DNA from: Armatimonadota bacterium
GTDB taxonomy: Bacteria; Sysuimicrobiota; Sysuimicrobiia; Sysuimicrobiales; Humicultoraceae
DNA: 21,070 bases
Direction of reading: 5' to 3'
Assembly (NCBI GenBank): GCA_037446215.1
Contig: JBBIJB010000013.1
Span: 7,765 to 28,834, forward strand
In this document: one piece after another, positions 9,676 through 16,542 of the stretch
How positions within the stretch are numbered: the first letter of the stretch is position 1
Layout: the number at the start of each line of letters is the position of its first letter
Position numbers and translations under genes: made by a program
The notes under the pieces: model-generated
What the model was told of the DNA's origin: nothing
The model's database searches: none
Seen by the model: the letters and a program-made list of their open reading frames with translations, nothing else

Positions 9676-10504
9676 CGCGCCGCTCCCCAGGGTCAGCGTC
9701 CTCATGGGCGCCCACAACGCCGCGGGGTCTATCGTACGGGCGGTGCGATCGATCCAGGAGCAGACGCTGACCGACTGGGAGATGGTCGTCTGCGACGACG
9801 GTTCCAGCGACGCCACGCCCGATCTGCTGGCGGAACTCGCGCGTGAGGATCCGCGCATCCGGCCCTTCCGCAGTGAGCGCAACCGCGGGCTGGCCGCGGC
9901 ACTCAACCTCTGCCTGCGGGAGGCGCGGGCCGAGCTGTGCGCGCGGCAGGACGCCGATGACGTCTCGCTGCCCCGACGGCTCGAGACCCAGGTGCGGGCC
10001 TTCGAGGAGGACCCGGGGCTGGTGCTGGTAGGGTCAGCGGTGCTGTACGAGGATGAGGAGGGCCGGCAGTGGGGCGTCTCATCACCGGTGGAGTTCCCGG
10101 GTATGGCAGACCTGATCCGGGGGGCCCGCTTCGCGCATCCATCGGTGATGTACCGGCGGTCCGCGGTCACGGCCGTGGGCGGATACGACGAAGGGGTAGG
10201 CCGGGTCGAGGACTACGACCTCTGGTTCCGGTTGATGCCCGCGGGGCGGTGGCGAAACCTCCGCGAGCCCCTAGTGCGATACAGCTCGAGCCGCACGTCT
10301 CACGCGCGGCGCACCTTCGCCGACCGGCTGAACGAGGCGCGCGTTCGCCTGCGGGGCTACCGGAGGATCGGGGCACCCTGGTACGCCTACGCCTACGCGC
10401 TGAAGCCGCTCATGGTGGGGCTGCTGCCCACCTCCTGGCTGTGGCGTTACCACGCGGCGGCCAAGGGGCGCCGGATGCGCGCCGGCAGGGGCCGCGGTGG
10501 ATAG
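9668..10504 (+). CDS. Glycosyltransferase family 2, EpsE-like
   Basis: Motifs VSVLMGAHN, CDDGSSD, NRGLAAALNLCL, ARQDADD, FAHPSVM and VEDYDLW. Resemblance to B. subtilis EpsE along its length is from memory. Confidence 0.9.
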   Translation: MASAPLPRVSVLMGAHNAAGSIVRAVRSIQEQTLTDWEMVVCDDGSSDATPDLLAELAREDPRIRPFRSERNRGLAAALNLCLREARAELCARQDADDVSLPRRLETQVRAFEEDPGLVLVGSAVLYEDEEGRQWGVSSPVEFPGMADLIRGARFAHPSVMYRRSAVTAVGGYDEGVGRVEDYDLWFRLMPAGRWRNLREPLVRYSSSRTSHARRTFADRLNEARVRLRGYRRIGAPWYAYAYALKPLMVGLLPTSWLWRYHAAAKGRRMRAGRGRGG

Positions 10505-11609
10505 GGGGAGGGTGCTGCTCTTCATCCCCACGCTCTCCGGCGGCGGGGCGGAGCGGGTGGCGGTCAACCTCGTTCGGGCCACCCCCGGGCTGGACTGGCA
10601 CGTGGTCGTCTGGCGCGGCGGAGGCGTCTTCGAGCGCGAGCTGCCGCCGGGCGTCCCACTGCGCGTACTGGGTGGCCGGCGGCTCCGTTACTCGGCCCTC
10701 GCCCTGCGCAGGGCCGCCTCGGAGATACGCCCCGACATCCTCCTGTCGAGCCAGTGGGAGGCGGGGATCCCGGCCCTGCTGGCCCTCTCACCCCGCGTGG
10801 CCTGGATACCATGGGAGCACGTGACGGACGTCTCGCAGAGGCCCTGGGTCCTCGCGCGCTGCACCACGCTCGCATACAACCTGAGAGCCCACCGGGTCGT
10901 GTGCGTCTCCGACGACCTGCTCGGCCGCCTCGTGGGCGGGGGAGTCGCCCCGCGCAAGGTCGCCCGAATCTACAATCCCGTCGTTGGGCCGTGGATCGAG
11001 GAGGGGTGCCGGACGCGGCCGGAGCATCCGTGGCTCTCGGCGGGCGCCGGCGCCGAGGTCTTGGTCGCGGCAGGCCGGCTCGTCCACCAGAAGGGCTTCG
11101 ACCTGATGCTGGAGGCGATGGCAAGGGTCGTCCGGGCTCGCCCCTCGGCGCGGCTGATCGTGCTCGGCGAGGGACCGCGTCGGCCTGAGCTGACCGCGCT
11201 GCGCGCCAGCCTCGGGCTGGACCGATTCGTGGAGTTCGCGGGATTCCAACCGAACCCCTACGCGTACATGGCGGCGAGCGCGGCGTTTGTGATGTCCTCG
11301 CGGTGGGAAGGACTGCCCACGGTGCTGATCGAGGCCCTCGCGTGCGGCGCGCCCGCGATCTCCGTCGACTGCCCCTCCGGCCCGAGGGAGATCCTCCAGG
11401 ACGGCAGGGCAGGGATACTGGTGCCGCCCGAGAATCCGGATGCACTCGCGGATGCGGTGCTCCGCGTGCTGGAGGACGGCGCGCTCCGAAGGCGCCTGAT
11501 CGAGGAAGGCAGGGAGCGCTCCAGGGAGTTCTCAGTGGAGGCATCGGCCCAGGCCTTCGTCCGGCTGTTCGCGGAGGTCGCGGGCGGCGGGCGAGTGGAG
11601 GACGGATAG
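10497..11609 (+). CDS. Glycosyltransferase family 4 (GT-B; PglJ/WabH-like)
   Basis: Motifs LSGGGAERV, IYNPV, AGRLVHQKGFD, GFQPNPY and SSRWEGLPTVLIEALACG. Confidence 0.92.
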   Translation: MDRGRVLLFIPTLSGGGAERVAVNLVRATPGLDWHVVVWRGGGVFERELPPGVPLRVLGGRRLRYSALALRRAASEIRPDILLSSQWEAGIPALLALSPRVAWIPWEHVTDVSQRPWVLARCTTLAYNLRAHRVVCVSDDLLGRLVGGGVAPRKVARIYNPVVGPWIEEGCRTRPEHPWLSAGAGAEVLVAAGRLVHQKGFDLMLEAMARVVRARPSARLIVLGEGPRRPELTALRASLGLDRFVEFAGFQPNPYAYMAASAAFVMSSRWEGLPTVLIEALACGAPAISVDCPSGPREILQDGRAGILVPPENPDALADAVLRVLEDGALRRRLIEEGRERSREFSVEASAQAFVRLFAEVAGGGRVEDG

Positions 11610-11613
11610 AGAC

Positions 11614-12843
11614 GTGAGCGCAACCCTGACACCGACCATGCTCGGGCTCGCCGCCGCGGTGATGTTCCTGGGGCCGGAGCTGCCCGTGGGCGAGGCGAGC
11701 ACCCTGTCCCTGGCAGGCCCGCTGCTGGCCGTGGCCCTGGCCGTCGCCCTTTGGCAGAGGCTGCCCCGTCTGTGGATGCTTGGGTCGCGTGAGGCGTACG
11801 CGGTGGTGCCGGCCTACTTCGCAGGGGGATCGATCGTCTTCTTCCTCCTGGGCGAGATGCCGGCGCTGATCCTGCTGGCCGCGTTCCAGTGGGCGGTCTA
11901 CGCGGGGTACTTCCTCATGCCGGCGGCCTTCGGGCCGAGGGATCGCGCCGGCTTCCTCGGGGTGGTGCTGCCGCTGCTGCTGGGGCTCTACGCGCTCGCC
12001 GCCATTTGGTCCGCGTTCTACGGACCGATCTACCCCTTCATACAGAAGAGCCTGCACCTGCTGCCCGGCACGCCTCTGTTCCGCGCCGTGGCCACCGGGG
12101 AGAGCCCGAACGGCTGCGCGGTCGTGCTGGTGACCGCGCTCGGCCCGCCTCTGTTCGCCTGGAAGCCGCGCCTGCGCCTCCTCAAGCCCCTGCTGGTGGG
12201 GACGGTGGTGCTGGCGCTGCTGCTGACCGCGTCCAGGGCCGGGTGGCTCTCGCTCGCGGTCGCTGCGGGCGTCTGCCTGGCGCTGATGACGCTGGGCGGC
12301 GGGAAGGGGCGGGGGTGGGTGCCGGTCGCGCTGGTGCTGGTAGCGGCGCTGGTCGGCATCTACATAACAATGGCCATGGCGCCGATCCACGCGCTGAGGG
12401 CGGTCGGGGCCGAGGAGTTCGGGCTCGGGCGAGATCTCGCCTTCCGCGTGGAAGTCCTGTGGTCTCGGGGCGTGGAGCTCTTCCGTGATGCATCTGTCCC
12501 CACCCAGATCTTCGGGAGGGGGTTCCGGAACACGTCGCAGATCTACCACGAGGGCGACGTCGCGCTGTACGGGTCCTACCACAACTCCTGGATCCAGTTC
12601 CTCCTGGACGGCGGGATCGTCGGGCTCGCCCTGCTCCTTTGGTGGATCCTGACGGTCGCATGGCGCGCCGCACTACGCAGGGGCGACGACCGCGGCCTGG
12701 CCGCGATCTGGATGGTGGTCGCGACGGTCGTGGCCGGCACAACCGAGAACTTCCTCTACGGAACGACAACGATCATGCTGCTGGGGCTGGCGACGTGGCT
12801 GGCCTTCTCCCCGCCCGATGAGCCGGAGGTAGCAGGTGGCTAG
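11614..12843 (+). CDS. wzy: O-antigen ligase/polymerase family membrane protein, probable Wzy
   Basis: Multi-TM protein with ESPN, LLTASRAGW and a Wzy_C-like FGRG...YHNSWIQFLLDGGIVG motif. It sits in a wzx/wzc operon. Confidence 0.8.
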   Translation: MSATLTPTMLGLAAAVMFLGPELPVGEASTLSLAGPLLAVALAVALWQRLPRLWMLGSREAYAVVPAYFAGGSIVFFLLGEMPALILLAAFQWAVYAGYFLMPAAFGPRDRAGFLGVVLPLLLGLYALAAIWSAFYGPIYPFIQKSLHLLPGTPLFRAVATGESPNGCAVVLVTALGPPLFAWKPRLRLLKPLLVGTVVLALLLTASRAGWLSLAVAAGVCLALMTLGGGKGRGWVPVALVLVAALVGIYITMAMAPIHALRAVGAEEFGLGRDLAFRVEVLWSRGVELFRDASVPTQIFGRGFRNTSQIYHEGDVALYGSYHNSWIQFLLDGGIVGLALLLWWILTVAWRAALRRGDDRGLAAIWMVVATVVAGTTENFLYGTTTIMLLGLATWLAFSPPDEPEVAGG

Positions 12844-14011
12844 GCCCGGCCCGGAGCGGCCCGTTCTGGTCGTTCAGGCAACGGTTCCGGGAACGCTGTC
12901 CAGGTTCTTCAGGGGCCTGCTGGGGTGGCTGCGGCGGCAGGGCATGGAGGTTCACGCGGTCGCGAGCCCCGGCCCGGCCATGGAGGAGATGGCGGGTAGG
13001 GAGGGCATAAGCTGCCACGAGCTCCCCATGTCGCGACGGATCTCGCCGCTGGCCGACCTCCTGTCGCTCCTTCGAGCCGTGCGGCTGTACGCGCGGCTGC
13101 GCCCTTCGATAGTGCACGGCTTCACGCCGAAGGCCGGGCTGACCGCCATGCTCGCCGCCTGGATCACGCGCCGGCCTGTGCGGCTGTACACGATCTTCGG
13201 CTTCCCGCACCTCACGAAGAAGGGGCCGTTGAGGTGGCTGCTGGTGAGCTGCGATCGGATCTCCTGCGCGCTTGCGCACCGGGTCTACTTCCAGTGCGAG
13301 TCGATCCGCCAAGTGGCGATCGCCGAGCGGATCTGCCGCGCCGAGAAGAGCCGTGTGATGCCGGCCTGGAACTTCAACACCATCAGCGACAGCTTCGCGA
13401 GGACCGAGGGTCTGCTGGAGTCGGGTAGAGAGCTCCGCCGCGATCTGGGCATACCCGCCTGCGCGCCGGTCGTCGGCTACATCGGCCGCCTGACCAGGGA
13501 CAAGGGCCTGCCGGAGCTCATCGACGCGTTCGAGCTCCTGGCCCCGCGGTTCCCCGAGCTGCGTCTCGTGCTCGTGGGCAGAAGAGACGGAACCGACCGC
13601 GTACCCGAGAGAACCCTCTCCCGGATTGAGGCCCACGACCGGATCCTTGAGGTAGGCCATCAGCGCGACGTCCCCCGGTATCTTGCCGCGTTCGACCTGT
13701 TGGTGCTGCCGTCGCTGCGCGAGGGCATTGGGACCGTCTCGTACGAGGCGGCCGCCATGGAGCTGCCCGTCGTCTCGACCCGGATACCGGGCAACATCGA
13801 TACGGTAGCGGACGGCCTGACCGGCACCCTGGTGCCGCCGTGCGACGCCGAGGCCCTGGCGGGCGCGATACGACGCTACATCGAGGATCCGGGGCTGCGC
13901 GCATCGCACGGCCGGGAAGGCCGACAGCGCCTGATGCGGAACTTCCCGCTCGAACGGCTGTGGGAAGGTCTCCTCGACGAGTACACGCGCCTGCTGAGGC
14001 CGGGCGCCTAG
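12836..14011 (+). CDS. Glycosyltransferase family 4 (CapM-like)
   Basis: Motifs RRISPLADL, VHGFTPKAGL, IGRLTRDKGLPEL and LPSLREGIGTVSYEAAAMELPVV. GGAGG RBS upstream of the GTG start. Confidence 0.92.
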   Translation: MARPGPERPVLVVQATVPGTLSRFFRGLLGWLRRQGMEVHAVASPGPAMEEMAGREGISCHELPMSRRISPLADLLSLLRAVRLYARLRPSIVHGFTPKAGLTAMLAAWITRRPVRLYTIFGFPHLTKKGPLRWLLVSCDRISCALAHRVYFQCESIRQVAIAERICRAEKSRVMPAWNFNTISDSFARTEGLLESGRELRRDLGIPACAPVVGYIGRLTRDKGLPELIDAFELLAPRFPELRLVLVGRRDGTDRVPERTLSRIEAHDRILEVGHQRDVPRYLAAFDLLVLPSLREGIGTVSYEAAAMELPVVSTRIPGNIDTVADGLTGTLVPPCDAEALAGAIRRYIEDPGLRASHGREGRQRLMRNFPLERLWEGLLDEYTRLLRPGA

Positions 14012-15216
14012 CGCGCGCTCCCGGCCAGCCCCCGAAGAGCCCTCCTGATCCGCTTCAGCAGCCCGTAGATCCGCGACGATACGGGATGCCGCATGGCCGC
14101 GGCCCGGATGCGCTTCTTGAGCTCGCCGGGCCAGAGCGGCCGGGCGAGGACGCTACGCAGCGCGCGGCAGTACTCCTCCTCGCCGCCTCGCTTCTCCAGC
14201 GCCCTGAGGTTGTCCATCGCGGCAAGGCGCACCCTCACCGGGGCAGGGTCGATACTGAGAATGTTTCTCACTTCCAGCGGCGCGTCGAAGGTCGTGCACC
14301 GCTCCAGCGCGCCGAAGGCCCGGAGCGCCAGCATCGTCCGCACGCACTTCTCGCAGCGCCCGCAGTTGTAGGCGCCGTCCGTGTTCGTAAAGCAGACCCG
14401 TAGCGACCTCAGCACGATCTCGTGGCCCGAGATCACGGCGACCTTGTCCACCCGCGTCGCCTCGCAGCCGTCGTGGATGAACTCGAGCGCCTCCGAGCTC
14501 CACAGCGGGTCGAGCAGCGGGTGGGAGCCGCCCACGTAGAGCCGAGAGTAGGTCTGGCTCGCCGGGATGTAGATCCGCGCGAGGGATGAGGACAGCAGGT
14601 GGCCGACCGCGGCCATGGCGGCGCCGTGCGAGATGCACGCCCAGTCCACGTGGGGGTCGAGCAGCGTCCGCAGGTTGGTCTCGACCTCGACGACACGTTT
14701 GCCGTAGAACGCCCCCACCTCCGCGATCATGCTCGAGGTCCTCTGGTAGAGGGATTCGCTCTCGAGGCTCATGTCGAAGCCGCGGACGAAGACCAGGTCG
14801 GTGATCTCGTCCCGGTGCTTGAGCAGCGTGTAGAAAGAGTCCACGCCCCCGGAGAAGAACATGCCGGTCCTGGCGCCGCGCGGCGCGGCCCTCTCCGCGG
14901 GGACGGCGCCGCGCACCTCCACCCTCCGCAGCGACGGCTCCCAGTCGCAGAAGATGTCCTGGATCGTGGGAAGCGCGGAAAGCAGGCGCCGGCTGACCTC
15001 GGGGCCGTCCCCACCGCCGATGGCGAGGGCCTCGGCCGCCCGCATCGCCGGGAGGAGCGCGCACGCCAGCAGGCCCTCGGTGCTCGCACCGAGGGCCGCG
15101 TTGGGGCTCTGGAAGTAAACGGGGTAGCGCTCGGCGCCGAGGCAGAACTCGACCTCGGCCCTGCGTCCCTGGTCTGTCGTCCTCACCTCTCCGATCCGCA
15201 GCTCACTCGCGACCAC
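14008..15216 (-). CDS. Uncharacterised PP-loop (adenine nucleotide alpha-hydrolase/QueC-like) protein with C-terminal four-Cys cluster, paralog A
   Basis: PP-loop FFSGGVDS and LRVC-x9-CGRCEKCVRT. GTG start preceded by GGAGGTGA. Confidence 0.75.
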   Translation of the reverse strand: MVASELRIGEVRTTDQGRRAEVEFCLGAERYPVYFQSPNAALGASTEGLLACALLPAMRAAEALAIGGGDGPEVSRRLLSALPTIQDIFCDWEPSLRRVEVRGAVPAERAAPRGARTGMFFSGGVDSFYTLLKHRDEITDLVFVRGFDMSLESESLYQRTSSMIAEVGAFYGKRVVEVETNLRTLLDPHVDWACISHGAAMAAVGHLLSSSLARIYIPASQTYSRLYVGGSHPLLDPLWSSEALEFIHDGCEATRVDKVAVISGHEIVLRSLRVCFTNTDGAYNCGRCEKCVRTMLALRAFGALERCTTFDAPLEVRNILSIDPAPVRVRLAAMDNLRALEKRGGEEEYCRALRSVLARPLWPGELKKRIRAAAMRHPVSSRIYGLLKRIRRALRGLAGSAR

Positions 15217-15219
15217 CCG

Positions 15220-16410
15220 TCACCTCCAGACCTTCCGAAGCGCCCGGTAGTACCTCTCCAGCGCGGGATACCGCGCCGCCGCGCCACGCAGGCGTCCTTT
15301 GACCCCCGCGTGCCAGCGCGGCCGGTTGAGGATCTTGCGAAGGGCGCGGCAGAGCTCCTCCTCGCCGCCCTTCTTCTCCAATGCCTTCAGGTTGTCCATG
15401 GTGGCTCCGCGCCTGCCCGCGCGGTCCACGTCGATCCTCACCACGTTCCTTACGTCCAGAGGCGCGTCGAATGTGGTGCAGCGCTCCAGCATGCCGACAG
15501 CACGCAGGGCGATCATCGTTCGGAGGCACTTCTCGCATCGGCCGCAGTTGTAGGCCTCGCCTGGATTCACGAAGCACACCCGCAGGCTCCTCAGCGCGAT
15601 CTCACTCTCTGAGATGAGCGCCGCCTTCATCGGCCTCGTTGCCTCGCAGCCGTCGTGGACGAACTCGAGCGCCTCCGAGCTCCACAGGGGGGCCAGCAGC
15701 GGGTGGGTCCCCCACGGGACGATCCTGGCGTAGGTGCGGCTCGCGGGGACGTAGATCTTGTCCAGGTCCGCCGACAGGAGGTGGGCGACGGCCGCGAGCG
15801 CGGCGCCGTGCGCCAGCAGCGCCCAGTCCGCGTAGGGGCCGAGGAGCGAGGGCAGGTTGGTCTCAACCTCTACGACCCGCTTGCTGTAGAACGCGCCGAC
15901 CTCGCGGATCATGTCAGACGTCCTCCGGCGCAGCGAGGCGCTCTCAAGGCTGATATCGAAGCCGTGGACGAAGAGGAGATCCGTGATCTCGTCCTGGTGC
16001 TTCAGCAGCGTGTAGAACGAGTCCACGCCTCCCGTGAAGAACGTGCCGACCCGTCCCCCCTGACGCCGGATCCTCCGCACAGGAGTGACGCCGCTCAAGG
16101 TGACCCTGCGAAGCCCGGGATCCCAGTCGTGGTAGATGTCCTGGATCGTGGAGAGGGCACGGAAGAAGCGCTCGCTGATCTCAGCCCCAGTCCCCCGCGT
16201 TGCCTCTTCGCCGATCGTCAGGCGATCGGCGAGCCTCATGGCCGGCAGCAGCGCGCAGGCGATCAGCGACTCGGGGTTTGGCGAAAGCGCCGCGTCGCCG
16301 CCGCTGAAGTGGACGGGGTGGTGCTCCTGGCCGAGATCGAACTCCACCTCCACCCTGCGCCCGCCATCGCCGGACCGCACCTCAGAGATGCACAGATCCC
16401 TAACCGTCAC
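15220..16410 (-). CDS. Uncharacterised PP-loop (QueC-like) protein with four-Cys cluster, paralog B
   Basis: PP-loop FFTGGVDS and LRVC-x9-CGRCEKCLRT. Colinear with 14008-15216 over its full length. GGAGG RBS precedes the GTG. Confidence 0.75.
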   Translation of the reverse strand: MTVRDLCISEVRSGDGGRRVEVEFDLGQEHHPVHFSGGDAALSPNPESLIACALLPAMRLADRLTIGEEATRGTGAEISERFFRALSTIQDIYHDWDPGLRRVTLSGVTPVRRIRRQGGRVGTFFTGGVDSFYTLLKHQDEITDLLFVHGFDISLESASLRRRTSDMIREVGAFYSKRVVEVETNLPSLLGPYADWALLAHGAALAAVAHLLSADLDKIYVPASRTYARIVPWGTHPLLAPLWSSEALEFVHDGCEATRPMKAALISESEIALRSLRVCFVNPGEAYNCGRCEKCLRTMIALRAVGMLERCTTFDAPLDVRNVVRIDVDRAGRRGATMDNLKALEKKGGEEELCRALRKILNRPRWHAGVKGRLRGAAARYPALERYYRALRKVWR

Positions 16411-16542
16411 CCACCGCCTCCGCGCCGTGTGGTACCCTGTCTGTCAGGAACACCTGGGCCATCCGCGCACGAATCGCCACCGCGTATGCTTTGCCGCGGA
16501 CCAGGTGAATTCCCGCGGAGTAGGCACCGAGGGAGAGGGCCG
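16411..16542. promoter_or_regulatory. Divergent intergenic control region with an imperfect inverted repeat
   Basis: This 132-bp gap between divergent genes has an RBS at each end. CACCTGG (16451-16457) pairs with CCAGGTG (16501-16507), and TCCGCG (16462-16467) pairs with CGCGGA (16495-16500). Possible extended -10 TGGTACCCT at 16430-16438 (+). Confidence 0.5.

Noticed and set aside
10564..12582. 672-aa minus-strand ORF
   Set aside because: Antisense shadow of the GT4 and wzy genes. It is Arg/Pro/Gly-rich with no motifs, as expected at this GC content.
14008..16410. Canonical queC or a Qat/CBASS defence system
   Set aside because: The size differs from QueC, and no queuosine, TatD, KAP-ATPase, cyclase or TGT partners are in the window.
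15655..16542. N-terminal extension making an 896-aa protein
   Set aside because: It is antisense to PP-loop paralog B. The RBS and alignment with copy 2 place the start at TTG 16543.
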